Shown here piece after piece: positions 40,599-50,142 of a DNA stretch of 64,000 nucleotides. The position numbers and the translations under genes are program-made. Position 1 is the stretch's first letter. Every line of letters begins with the position of its first letter. The stretch spans positions 99,888-163,887 of the IMG/VR virus record IMGVR_UViG_3300035698_018280; one strand, given 5' to 3'. Source of the stretch: a virus. The notes beneath the pieces were generated by a model. It ran no database searches. It worked only from the letters and a program-made list of their open reading frames with translations, and had not been told where the DNA came from.

Positions 40599-41072
40599 TT
40601 AGTCTAACTCAAGGAAGTTTCTTCTCGTTGTTTCGTCTGGTCGTATAACCAGGTCGTTCATACCCGCAACTCTTATCTCTCCCATACTAAGTATATAAGA
40701 ATTACGATTATCTAAATTTCCTTCTAATTTTTTCAGAACAATCTTAGGATCTAGCCAGATGCCCTGCCCGTCCCCGCACATCAAGATAGCTTCTTTCATA
40801 AAATCAGGAAGAGCAATAACAAGGGGGTGTTCTCCCCTTGCAACAATATCTTTTAACCCGGCAAATGGTCTAAAGAAAAACGTTGCTCCGTCTTGAATTG
40901 CTTTATCAAACTTTTGCTTCTGCTCAATTGTAAGATTTGATTCCATTTCTTCCCGTTCTGAATATTCAATGCTAAACTCTTGTCCGGTCTCTAAAGGATT
41001 AGTAATCCGCAAAGCAGAAAAATCATCAGCATCCTCTGTCCATCCTCTCTGTATAGCAAGTTTTCTAGACAT
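40599..41072 (-). CDS. Hypothetical protein
   Basis: 157-aa ORF; GTCGATA 7 nt upstream of the ATG. Confidence 0.75.
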   Translation of the reverse strand: MSRKLAIQRGWTEDADDFSALRITNPLETGQEFSIEYSEREEMESNLTIEQKQKFDKAIQDGATFFFRPFAGLKDIVARGEHPLVIALPDFMKEAILMCGDGQGIWLDPKIVLKKLEGNLDNRNSYILSMGEIRVAGMNDLVIRPDETTRRNFLELD

Positions 41073-41078
41073 AGATTT

Positions 41079-41612
41079 CTATCGACCAGATAAAATAATT
41101 TCAGTACGAAGATCTTCTTGACCGCTGTACTCTACCTTCTTGATAATATGATCATCGCCTTCGAAATGACTGTTTCCAATCAAATCCTTACAACGCCCTT
41201 TCTTGACATAAGCAAGCGTCAAATGAGGATTGTAATCCTTATGAGTCATTGTATGGGGAAGGTTCCTTAGAAGGTCATTGGCTTCAGACATGTCATCGCT
41301 CTTCACCTCTACTTTGATTACATCATATTCAGAATGAGTATCAAATGCAGATACTAATCCTAGCGTGATATTAAAAGGCGAAAGATTGCTCAAAATTTCT
41401 TCTGCTTCTTGAGGCTCATTTGAATGCAATCCATATAAAACAGTGATATGAGGTTCGTCTTCTCTACCATCATCTGCTAAATCATCTTCAGATATATTTG
41501 AACGACCAAACGCTAGAATTTCACTGCTAAGTTTATCATCCAAAACAGCCATAACACATGCATATTTGTGCGATTCTGCTATTACTAATTTTGTATACCA
41601 GTTTAAAGACAT
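41079..41612 (-). CDS. 2H phosphoesterase (2'-5' RNA ligase-like / Acb1-like)
   Basis: Two HxT motifs, EPHITVLYGL and YNPHLTLAYVKKG. Start reassigned to ATG 41612 (MSLNWY), just after the upstream stop. Confidence 0.88.
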   Translation of the reverse strand: MSLNWYTKLVIAESHKYACVMAVLDDKLSSEILAFGRSNISEDDLADDGREDEPHITVLYGLHSNEPQEAEEILSNLSPFNITLGLVSAFDTHSEYDVIKVEVKSDDMSEANDLLRNLPHTMTHKDYNPHLTLAYVKKGRCKDLIGNSHFEGDDHIIKKVEYSGQEDLRTEIILSGR

Positions 41613-41614
41613 GA

Positions 41615-42646
41615 TTATGAAAGGTTGAAGCCGCCGAGCATATAACGGAACCAACGAGAACGACCACCTGGAAGAGTAAACTCTGGCGTGCTGACGACCT
41701 TTGTGAGACCCTTGTATGGACCATACTTCTTTTGCTCAAGAAGATTCTCAAAACTCTTCTCATAGTTTTGTTTCAGCGTATCAAAAGCGCTTGCTGCATC
41801 TTTTGCAGCCTCGCTACCGCCAAAGACTTCCTTTGGCTCCTGGAACTGTAGACACAAAATCAACTGTCTTAGAGCGTCAATAGAAGCCCCATACAGTATA
41901 TGGGGAATAAAACGATCCTCAATAGTGACAAGAGATCTTCCTCCGACAGGCGGATAATTATTTACAATATGTAAAGCGTTGCTCAAAAATCTGTCAAGCT
42001 CTTCATCCTGGAACCAACGGAAATTATAATCCGCATTTATAGTATCATACTCTTCATGCAACGGCTCGTCAAAAACAACCGTTCCTTTGAAGTAGTTTAT
42101 GCTAACTCCCCCAGTTACAAGTTTCTGATTACGATAAATACGTGTCAAGTGATTCTGATTCCATCTTGGAAAATTGAACTTTACCGAACGATTGTCTTCG
42201 CAAATACGGCCTTGCTCATCATAGACTGGTATGCTTTGAGCACAGCTAATATGGTACTCAAGCGATTTTCTCATCAAACTTATTCGTTCAGAATAAGGAG
42301 AGTCCGCCCTGGTAGCAGTGCTATCTTCAATAACCATAACACCTTGTAGATTTTGGCAAGCTTCGCCATCAATTGTATATGACCACACAACCGAATGCGG
42401 TCCCGGATCAAATGTGTCATCAAAAACAAGCCAGTCATAGATGAAGAAACCATCAACTATTTTTTCAGGAGTCCCTGTCTCTAATTCGACATTGTTCTCA
42501 TCAAAAATAGCAATTGACACAGCCCCAGCCGCCAAAGAATCGCCCTTGAAATCAGAAAGCATCAACTGAAGAGTTGTTCGTTGATTCTGTTCGAACGTTC
42601 CTCTATAATCTGCAACTACTTGTATATTACTAGAACTGCCAGTCAT
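41615..42646 (-). CDS. Head-tail connector-like protein with N-terminal Ig-like domain
   Basis: 343 aa. Ig-like N-terminus (GFFIYDW...PGPHSVVWSY); FQDEELDRFL...ILYGASIDAL helical connector-like C-terminus. Confidence 0.55.
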   Translation of the reverse strand: MTGSSSNIQVVADYRGTFEQNQRTTLQLMLSDFKGDSLAAGAVSIAIFDENNVELETGTPEKIVDGFFIYDWLVFDDTFDPGPHSVVWSYTIDGEACQNLQGVMVIEDSTATRADSPYSERISLMRKSLEYHISCAQSIPVYDEQGRICEDNRSVKFNFPRWNQNHLTRIYRNQKLVTGGVSINYFKGTVVFDEPLHEEYDTINADYNFRWFQDEELDRFLSNALHIVNNYPPVGGRSLVTIEDRFIPHILYGASIDALRQLILCLQFQEPKEVFGGSEAAKDAASAFDTLKQNYEKSFENLLEQKKYGPYKGLTKVVSTPEFTLPGGRSRWFRYMLGGFNLS

Positions 42647-42694
42647 TATATTCTCTCAACTCCATCGACAATTTTTGCTCAAACCGTCTTATTG

Positions 42695-42722
42695 TATTTC
42701 GAATTCCTGTAGGTTTTATCCT
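42695..42722 (-). promoter_or_regulatory. AGG-N18-CGAAATA promoter-like motif
   Basis: Minus strand AAAGG-ATAAAACCTACAGGAATT-CGAAATA; same elements and spacing as 26725-26752. Confidence 0.6.
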
Positions 42723-42730
42723 TTAGTATC

Positions 42731-43432
42731 TTATGTGTTGGTTCCGCCGAATGTAGGAGTATTTCCATCAGCACTAGAACCAGATTTCCCAAAACGAGGC
42801 GTCTGTGTATTAGGAAGACTTTTATCGCTAAATGATGTGTTTAGCTTATCTAAAATTTCCTGAAGAGTCTTTTCAATTGTGTCCAACTGTTCTGAATCAT
42901 CAGGACACCCAAATTCTTGCGTCAAAATCCTCTCTTCTCTCGTCCAGACTGCATCCGCAATAGAGCCCTCATCTACATCAACATTACCAGTAAGAGTCCT
43001 AGAAGCATTGTCCCAAATAACCTGAGTAATCTCTGTTAAATCATCAGAAGATATATCAATTTCTTTTTCGCCATTCCAATAAAATGCTTTACTTCCATAA
43101 AAAGAATCTGTTGAACGATCATATAAGTCAGAGTCATTTTCAACCGCCGTACTATCAGAATTGGCTTCAAGCGACTGAAATATTTCAACTAAATAAAACT
43201 GTCCAGTGGTAGTCGCTATAAGATCACTGACATTTGAAATTTCAGTAGAGTAATACCCCAGCCTCTCGTCGCTCTCTGGAAGCAATATGACAAAATCCGA
43301 CTGATCCGTAAGAGAAAAGGCCTCAAAGAGATTGGTTGATGGATTAAAAGCTTTCGTTTTATCAGAAGCATTAAATAAAAACGCATAAAACGCTAAGCCA
43401 GTATTACCATTAAAATCAATTGACAGAGGCAT
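42731..43432 (-). CDS. Hypothetical virion-associated protein
   Basis: 233 aa with AGGAG ribosome-binding site; internal repeat ITQVIWDNASRTLT / IADAVWTREERILT. Confidence 0.7.
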   Translation of the reverse strand: MPLSIDFNGNTGLAFYAFLFNASDKTKAFNPSTNLFEAFSLTDQSDFVILLPESDERLGYYSTEISNVSDLIATTTGQFYLVEIFQSLEANSDSTAVENDSDLYDRSTDSFYGSKAFYWNGEKEIDISSDDLTEITQVIWDNASRTLTGNVDVDEGSIADAVWTREERILTQEFGCPDDSEQLDTIEKTLQEILDKLNTSFSDKSLPNTQTPRFGKSGSSADGNTPTFGGTNT

Positions 43433-43458
43433 AATTGCTCCTACAGGGACTATCTAGA

Positions 43459-43483
43459 TTACGAATAAAATTTGAAAAATCCT
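43459..43483 (-). promoter_or_regulatory. AGG-N17-CGTAA promoter-like motif
   Basis: Minus strand GAGG-ATTTTTCAAATTTTATT-CGTAA. Confidence 0.55.
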
Positions 43484-43488
43484 CTCAT

Positions 43489-44553
43489 TCAAAGTATATG
43501 AAATACTCTTCTGCTAACAGCGACAGAAACATTGCTCCAAGTTCCCCAAAAAGTCGATTGGCTATTTCCTTGCTCATATTCAAGATCGATTGCTTCTCTA
43601 GGGATAACTTCATCAGAGATAAAAACTTCACACATTCGCCCGTCAAAGAGTTTAGACGCTGATACACCGCCGCCTAACCCGTGGTTCTCCGACGTAACTG
43701 CTATGTCAGCAAGATTAGGAACCGCCCAATCACTCGGCGTGAGGCTATCGATGTGAAGATACATATGAGGGTCAGCAAACTCAGCTTGATTAAACCGACA
43801 ACAGACGTGGTGCCAAGTTCCTCGGGTTAGATTAGTATTGCTGTATTTTGGCGTGGAATACGTGCCGTCTGAGCCTGTTATAAGAAAAGCAAGCCTATCA
43901 GTAGCTCCGTTGTCATCGAACCACATACCCCAGGGCTTCTTTGAAGCGTGCTGCCCTGTCCACAGTAATCCACCGTCGCCCTCGCCACTATCAGCATTGA
44001 TCCACATCATAACCGTAGCTTTTGTTAAGCCACTCAGCACCTTCGGAATATTGATATAATCGTTTGAACCATCCCATTCTGTAGCAGCGCCAGTTTTGCC
44101 TGTCGCTCCGCCCGCCGTTATGCCCCCAGCTAAAAGAACAGCATCATTTCCATTTGAAGTCCTATCAATTCCGCCTGCATCTGGATAGTAAATTATAAAA
44201 TCAGAACTATAAGCATTGTCTGATCCGTATGTGGCAGCAGCAGCATTAGATGAATTAGCTGCAACTGGAGGATATATTCGTATCGTTTGAGTTCCAGAAG
44301 TAGCCAGAGTTCCTGACCACTTGACTCTTAGCCAACCAGTTTCTCCTGAATCATCAAAATCAATCCAGTCTGTAGCCAATTCTGTTTCATCGCTATCTTT
44401 AGCGGCCCGGCCTTTTGTCCCATCTGAAGTATCAACCGCAGCCCACCATGCGGCAGTCATACGAGAGAGATCAATAAGCAAAGTAAAATCTGTAAGAGCC
44501 GCATCGGGATTTGTTGTATTCGCCGTATCGTATGTTGTAGCAGGTAATGCCAT
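43489..44553 (-). CDS. DUF2341-like plus LamG/ConA-like lectin domain protein
   Basis: LTDFTLLIDL...GWLRVK...TIRIY N-terminal domain; WDGSNDYI, TVMMWIN, GTWHHV, FDGRMCEV LamG motifs. Confidence 0.8.
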   Translation of the reverse strand: MALPATTYDTANTTNPDAALTDFTLLIDLSRMTAAWWAAVDTSDGTKGRAAKDSDETELATDWIDFDDSGETGWLRVKWSGTLATSGTQTIRIYPPVAANSSNAAAATYGSDNAYSSDFIIYYPDAGGIDRTSNGNDAVLLAGGITAGGATGKTGAATEWDGSNDYINIPKVLSGLTKATVMMWINADSGEGDGGLLWTGQHASKKPWGMWFDDNGATDRLAFLITGSDGTYSTPKYSNTNLTRGTWHHVCCRFNQAEFADPHMYLHIDSLTPSDWAVPNLADIAVTSENHGLGGGVSASKLFDGRMCEVFISDEVIPREAIDLEYEQGNSQSTFWGTWSNVSVAVSRRVFHIL

Positions 44554-44556
44554 ATA

Positions 44557-47500
44557 TTAGTCTCTTGTATATTCTGTTGTTATGTTGATTTCAAGCACTG
44601 TTCCGCTTTGAGCAGTCGTTTCCATCCAAACCCATGATCCAGCAGGTATGGTCTCGTCATTAAACGAAGTTACTTCTGAACCAGTTGTTATACTTGTTGT
44701 TGTCGTTCCGCTTGTTACAACCTCTGTTCCAGCAGCGCTTCTATCAGAGCCATGACGAATAGTCCATGTTACTGAAGGAGTAGAAGATCCTCTTAGAACT
44801 GCATTTATTTGAGTTACGGTAATAGCATCTTCTGTGAAGAACAACGTTATGTCTTCAGAAGAAGTAGGGCTTTCAATTCCAACAGCCTTAATAAACGGAC
44901 CATTTCCAAATTGCCAACTCATAAAACCATTGCCATCAGTGGTCAATACCTGGCCTATCGATCCTACATTATCTGGTAAAACAAGATCAACTGCTCCAAT
45001 ACTACCATCTAGGGGAGAAGCTGGTGACCGCAGGGACACATACGAATCATCATTAGTATTCCATAACTGAATCTCATTTCCAAGACGAACACGTAAAGTC
45101 CCCCGAACAACTTCTACAGTTTTATCTGCATACACAGATAAAGCAGGTTGAGGGAAGCTTTCGTTAAGACCATTGCATGTGGAGAATATCCATTTACCAG
45201 GCAAAGATGTGCCTACAACATCGCCCAGAAGACCAAAGTCTTTATCGTAAAAAGCACCAAGCACGCATGAGTTTCGATAAGCAGAACCATCATATCCTTG
45301 CGCTTGAAAATACCCATAAGCCTGAGCCTGTCCTTTTCCATCTGAATCCTTATAGATATCAACAATTCCAGCAGCGTCCGCAATAGCGACTGGCGAATCA
45401 ATCGAACCAGCGAAGCCATATGACTGCCACCCAATAAATCCTCCAGATAATTCCTGAAGAAATGCGGAACCTAAATTAGTTCCTATTAAATTCCATCCTG
45501 CAACAGTCTCAGTGGCACCTAGTGTCCCTGAACCGCCTTGAGCGGTAGAAGGATCTCCAAAATGAGCTATACTAAGAGTTGTCGCAACATTTGAAGATTG
45601 CAATACGCCTGTTGTATCGTTGAAAGTAGCTATCGGGTTCTGATTAGAAACAGGGGTGACAGGAGATAAAATTTGAGCTATGTCAATAAAATCGGTAGTT
45701 GTACTAGTCCAGTCTATATGTTCATTAGCAACGAAGTTAGTAAGAGCATCGTGATCAATAGCAGCTTCATGCTGTGTCACATTACCTTCAGCAATTCTTG
45801 CGTTGTCAAATGTTCCTGAAGAAACATCGGAAGCAGCATGAGTATGAGACACCGCTGCTATACCTGCTTCTGATAAAGTTCTGTTTTGATATGCTAGCCC
45901 ATTCCACATTATAATCTCGCCAGAAGCAATAGAAGATATAGACGTATCAGTTAGGTTATTAAGCGTTGTTGAAGTAATGAATGAAGAAGTAGAATTATCA
46001 TAATTAGAAAGGTCATTGTCTACAACAAAATCTATAGTTCCATCCGAGTCTTCATACGTTACAGTTATCAATGTTTCAGTATTGCCAGTAACCATCGCTC
46101 CGGCAATGTCTTGAACTTGCTCATTAGTAAGCGTTGCTGTTATATAATTAGAGTCATTAGTCCACTGGCTTATGTTCGCAGAAGCAAATTCCGTTACAGT
46201 CAAACCAGTAACATTGAATGTTCTAGTTGCAGCAATTGTGCCTCCGCCAGAGAGACCAGTACCAGCAGTCATAGTTACTGAACTATGATCAATATGTTCA
46301 TTTGTTACAAAATTAGTAAGGGCATCGTGATCAATAATACCTTCGAAATTTGCAAATGTTATCTTACCAGAACCACTATCAGTTATGTCCACCATAGCGA
46401 TGAAATCACCAGCGGCGATAGATGTTTCTGTTGTTAACTCATTTAGATCTACAGTTAATGTTCTGTTAGTAGAAATGTCTCCACCGCCAGACAATCCGAC
46501 GCCCGCAGTAAGAGTTACTGATGTATGGTCTATATGTTCATTAGCAACGAAGTTAGTAAGAGCATCGTGATCAATAGCAGCTTCATGCTGAGTAACGCTA
46601 CCTTCTGATATAAACCCATTCGGGACTATATCCCAGGTTACTATATCAGAAAGATCATTTATCTCTCCTGAAGAAGAAGGCACCTGGCTTACCCATGAAT
46701 CTACAGAACCTCCAACATAAACAAGAATATCTCCATCCGTAGGATTTGTTGCAGATATATCGGCTATGTCATCAAGAGTTGGCGTTCTCCATTCTGCTCC
46801 GCCCTCGGTTCCTGTTGAAAACAAAATCTGCTCATCAATAGCAGTTATAGATGTTGCTAGAACGATATTACCAGTTGTGTCAGGGAATGATGCCGTATTA
46901 GTTCCTGCTGACAAAGATAAAATACGAGTATATGCAGATCCATCAGCATTATTACCAATTCTTATGCTTCCATCAGTTCTTAGATGAATAACGCCGTTAC
47001 CGCCAGTGTCTTCAATAACCAAAGCAGCATTTGTTGAAGATGATTCTACAATCGTTATACCTGCAAAATTGCCTGTAGGAGAGATAATATTTCTAGCTGC
47101 ATTTGTAGGAGCATTATGAATATACTGAGAATGGTCATCGTCGCTTAATCCGGTAAGGGCTCCATGATCAGCAACGCCGCCAATCGAATCGGAAGAAACT
47201 GCATGCCATTCATCTATAGAACCGCCAACATACTGAAGTATGTAGCCGTCCTGTGCCCCCGTCGTGTCTACATCTCCCAAAAGACTAATCTCTAAAAATG
47301 ATGCGACAGGATCCTGAGAAGAGCCAGCGCCTATCGCTATCTCTCCTGCTTCAAGAACAAGTTCGCTTAGAGTAGTTGTGTCTCCAAGAACAATACTTCC
47401 GTTAGTAAATGAAGTTCTATTAGTTCCCCCTCTAGAAACGTTAAGCTCTCCTGTCCACCCCATTGAAAAAGTATGAGTTGAACCCGATGAAGATATACCA

Positions 47501-47892
47501 AGAGTAACATTACTGTCATTTGAATTACCAAATAACTGAGTAGCAGTAGATAGTCCATTTAGACTTGCAATTCCTGTTCCAGACAACGCCATTGCTTGCC
47601 ATTCATTTACAGAACCTCCGACAAAAACAAGAACATCTCCGTCTACAGCAGAAACAGAGTTTACATCCAAAATATCATTAATAAATAAACTGTGAGGATT
47701 GTTTGTGTCGCTTATGTGTAATTGAGCAACGCTTCTAAAATCAGCTAATTCATCAAGAGCATTATCAACATTTCCTGGATCTCCTGGAGAATCCCAATTT
47801 AGACCTGTTACTGGCGTATATGTAACGTCAGAGGCATCAATAGGGCCACTAGCTCCATCTGAAGATTGTTTATTATTAGGTACATAAGGCAT
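44557..47892 (-). CDS. Fibre protein with repeated shaft motifs (head/collar fibre candidate)
   Basis: 1111 aa, Thr/Gly/Ser-rich. IDHDALTNFV.NEHID x3, TAG.GLSGGG x2, DGD.LV(Y/F)VGGS..W x3. Confidence 0.75.
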   Translation of the reverse strand: MPYVPNNKQSSDGASGPIDASDVTYTPVTGLNWDSPGDPGNVDNALDELADFRSVAQLHISDTNNPHSLFINDILDVNSVSAVDGDVLVFVGGSVNEWQAMALSGTGIASLNGLSTATQLFGNSNDSNVTLGISSSGSTHTFSMGWTGELNVSRGGTNRTSFTNGSIVLGDTTTLSELVLEAGEIAIGAGSSQDPVASFLEISLLGDVDTTGAQDGYILQYVGGSIDEWHAVSSDSIGGVADHGALTGLSDDDHSQYIHNAPTNAARNIISPTGNFAGITIVESSSTNAALVIEDTGGNGVIHLRTDGSIRIGNNADGSAYTRILSLSAGTNTASFPDTTGNIVLATSITAIDEQILFSTGTEGGAEWRTPTLDDIADISATNPTDGDILVYVGGSVDSWVSQVPSSSGEINDLSDIVTWDIVPNGFISEGSVTQHEAAIDHDALTNFVANEHIDHTSVTLTAGVGLSGGGDISTNRTLTVDLNELTTETSIAAGDFIAMVDITDSGSGKITFANFEGIIDHDALTNFVTNEHIDHSSVTMTAGTGLSGGGTIAATRTFNVTGLTVTEFASANISQWTNDSNYITATLTNEQVQDIAGAMVTGNTETLITVTYEDSDGTIDFVVDNDLSNYDNSTSSFITSTTLNNLTDTSISSIASGEIIMWNGLAYQNRTLSEAGIAAVSHTHAASDVSSGTFDNARIAEGNVTQHEAAIDHDALTNFVANEHIDWTSTTTDFIDIAQILSPVTPVSNQNPIATFNDTTGVLQSSNVATTLSIAHFGDPSTAQGGSGTLGATETVAGWNLIGTNLGSAFLQELSGGFIGWQSYGFAGSIDSPVAIADAAGIVDIYKDSDGKGQAQAYGYFQAQGYDGSAYRNSCVLGAFYDKDFGLLGDVVGTSLPGKWIFSTCNGLNESFPQPALSVYADKTVEVVRGTLRVRLGNEIQLWNTNDDSYVSLRSPASPLDGSIGAVDLVLPDNVGSIGQVLTTDGNGFMSWQFGNGPFIKAVGIESPTSSEDITLFFTEDAITVTQINAVLRGSSTPSVTWTIRHGSDRSAAGTEVVTSGTTTTSITTGSEVTSFNDETIPAGSWVWMETTAQSGTVLEINITTEYTRD
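45712..46590. repeat. Exact 63-bp direct repeat (45712-45774 and 46528-46590) plus a diverged third copy (~46290-46336)
   Basis: GTCTATATGTTCATTAGCAACGAAGTTAGTAAGAGCATCGTGATCAATAGCAGCTTCATGCTG read at both positions. Confidence 0.9.
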
Positions 47893-47917
47893 AGTTTTGT
47901 TCCAAGCGTCTATTTCT

Positions 47918-47943
47918 TTTCACGCAAATAAACTATTTTTCCT
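47918..47943 (-). promoter_or_regulatory. AGG-N18-TGAAA promoter-like motif upstream of the fibre gene
   Basis: Minus strand GAGG-AAAAATAGTTTATTTGCG-TGAAA. Confidence 0.45.
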
Positions 47944-48759
47944 CTACTTGCCTCGGCAGAGAGATATCAACTTGTCATAAATTTGTTGAGGGTTCAAAGG
48001 GCGACCCTGCTCGGATGAATTTTGCAAAAGAATTGCTCCTATTCCCGCTACCACAGGAGCCGCAATACTTGTCCCAGACATTTTAATAAATCGATCATCA
48101 GTATAAGCGGTATGAAGACTTTGAATCGGCAAATCTATATGAGGAGCACCGTTACTTCCGGCTTTTGGTAGTTTACCTGATATACATCCTACTGACATAA
48201 CTTCAGGAAATCTTGCAGGATAATCTGAGTCCGCAGTTGATCGACGAGACTGTCCCGCCGCAGCAAACATAGCAATTCCTTCTCGGTATGCTTTCTTTAC
48301 TACATCGTGCAAAACCGGGTGCCTGTTTTCTGCTCCAAACGACATAACGATTATATCTGCTCTCTTTACTATCGCATAGAGTAGGGCAGCTTGCACAGAG
48401 CCGTGAGAGCCTTCTCCGCTATCTCCAATCCCTTTAGCATAGTAGATATCTGCATTAGGGACGATGCCTGTTACATTGGATCCAGTGGCCTTAAGGATAC
48501 CTCCAACACCTGTTGCATGACCATGCGTATCCAGGGCGGCATTCTTACTTTCTGAAAAATCAATAACATTACCTGGTCGAAACTGTATATTCTTATGTTT
48601 CGGGTAGCCAGTATCAATGATACAAATTTTTACGCCAGAACCATCCCCGCTTATACTTTTGAAGCCGAAGTAAGCAGGTGTGTAATTCGCCTTGGTGTTA
48701 ACTCTAGAAACGGCATATCTAGGGTTTGTCTTATTACATTTAAATGCGCCAGGAGTCAT
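47944..48759 (-). CDS. Subtilisin-like serine protease (S8)
   Basis: Triad motifs IIDTG, HGHATGVGG and MSGTSIAAPVVAG; also VMSFG and DYPARFPEVMSVG. Confidence 0.92.
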   Translation of the reverse strand: MTPGAFKCNKTNPRYAVSRVNTKANYTPAYFGFKSISGDGSGVKICIIDTGYPKHKNIQFRPGNVIDFSESKNAALDTHGHATGVGGILKATGSNVTGIVPNADIYYAKGIGDSGEGSHGSVQAALLYAIVKRADIIVMSFGAENRHPVLHDVVKKAYREGIAMFAAAGQSRRSTADSDYPARFPEVMSVGCISGKLPKAGSNGAPHIDLPIQSLHTAYTDDRFIKMSGTSIAAPVVAGIGAILLQNSSEQGRPLNPQQIYDKLISLCRGK

Positions 48760-49480
48760 TTTTTATCACGTGATGATGGCCTTTACCAAAAAATTCTATT
48801 GACATATTAAACTCATTCGTATCAAGAAACTCGACATGCTTTCTCATAGCTATTCCAGCATGAGCGCAAAATAAATCATCTGTTATTATGTGTTTGACTC
48901 TGTTGATTTCATCTACTCTCTTGAGCAGATCATGACGCATAGGAACATGCCAAGGGGCTGAGTAATTCAAAACAAGATTGTTTTTTACAAAAGTTCTCAA
49001 CCTGGGATCTGTAACTGCTACGCCAGTCTTCTTTTTCTTCATCTTGTTTCGAGGGTAATACGACAAATCATAACCGTCCCCTCTCCATGCCAGTTCGGCA
49101 ACCCGATAAAGCAATTGAAAATAATGCTTCTTGCTAATTTTTCTACCTGCCAAGATATCGATAACGCTTTCTGCTCCTTGGCTAACTGCTTCGGTAGATG
49201 ATAGAAATCCAAGCTTCTGTTCAGCGTCAACAGATTTAAGTATATCTCCTGCCTCATCGGTCGGCGTAAGATTTATTGCAAGATCAAATTTTTGATAAAG
49301 CTTAGTTTCTCCATCATATAATTCATCTATCCGATTGTTATACTGAAAAATACAACGGCTAACAGGTTTTGTTACCCAACTTAGCTTCATATCATCATGC
49401 TGACGATGAAGTCGTCTAATAAGAGAACTCGAAGCAAGAGCTTCCCAAGATTCGCCATATGATATTACAAGTATTTGCAT
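48740..49480 (-). CDS. GT9 (heptosyltransferase)-like protein, shortened/degenerate
   Basis: QILVI...LIRRL...LSWVT...NNRIDEL...FDLAINL and IITDD...HAGIAM follow the GT9 pattern; the usual GD is replaced by WE. Confidence 0.6.
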   Translation of the reverse strand: MQILVISYGESWEALASSSLIRRLHRQHDDMKLSWVTKPVSRCIFQYNNRIDELYDGETKLYQKFDLAINLTPTDEAGDILKSVDAEQKLGFLSSTEAVSQGAESVIDILAGRKISKKHYFQLLYRVAELAWRGDGYDLSYYPRNKMKKKKTGVAVTDPRLRTFVKNNLVLNYSAPWHVPMRHDLLKRVDEINRVKHIITDDLFCAHAGIAMRKHVEFLDTNEFNMSIEFFGKGHHHVIKNDSWRI

Positions 49481-50142
49481 TAGTCCAACTCTATACCTAA
49501 ATCTTCTATATTACGAAAAACTTCCTGCTCAGATGATTTTATTTGATCCGTTGAAGAAATTGCAATTTCAGGAGCAAAATCATTATCTCCATCCGTACTT
49601 CCTTCGGCAATCTTCTCCGCAGCACCCGGTTTTGAATCATTTACTAAAATTCCACTTTGGGCTTTCAGTTTATCAATAGTCTTTCGTCTGTTTTTTACCT
49701 CAGCAATAACTATTAATCGTTTAGCATCATCAATAATTTCAACAAAACCAGCCTTCATGTATTGCCTCATTTGCTCGCCTTCCATAATATCGACAGGAAT
49801 ACTACCGAGCGGTCGAAAGTCATCAGCGCCCTTGAGAGTTAGCGGTTTACTATCGTCTCCATGAATAATGATGTCAGACATTTTTGTTGCATGAACATAC
49901 TTAGCTGTTGAAGCAATCGAGACAGGTTTCGAAGCCATCTCTGTAGGAAATACTCCAGTAGACTGAGAAACTAAAGCGACAACATCATTTCCTAAAACGC
50001 TTTCTGCTGATGTAACATAATATACTTCTCTACCTCCTATAGCAGCAGCTATACCATTTATATCTAACATCTGATATTTTGTTACAGATTTGTCGCAAAC
50101 TGTTACTGATCCTTCTTCTGCATCAATTAGAACAATCATCAT
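49480..50142 (-). CDS. Hypothetical protein
   Basis: 220-aa ORF coupled to both neighbours; AAGGAG ribosome-binding site. Confidence 0.75.
   Translation of the reverse strand: MMIVLIDAEEGSVTVCDKSVTKYQMLDINGIAAAIGGREVYYVTSAESVLGNDVVALVSQSTGVFPTEMASKPVSIASTAKYVHATKMSDIIIHGDDSKPLTLKGADDFRPLGSIPVDIMEGEQMRQYMKAGFVEIIDDAKRLIVIAEVKNRRKTIDKLKAQSGILVNDSKPGAAEKIAEGSTDGDNDFAPEIAISSTDQIKSSEQEVFRNIEDLGIELD

Noticed and set aside
45712-46590. Possible DGR template/variable repeat pair
   Set aside because: Two copies are identical, the third differs mainly at synonymous positions rather than adenines, all are in-frame within one gene, and there is no reverse transcriptase in the window.
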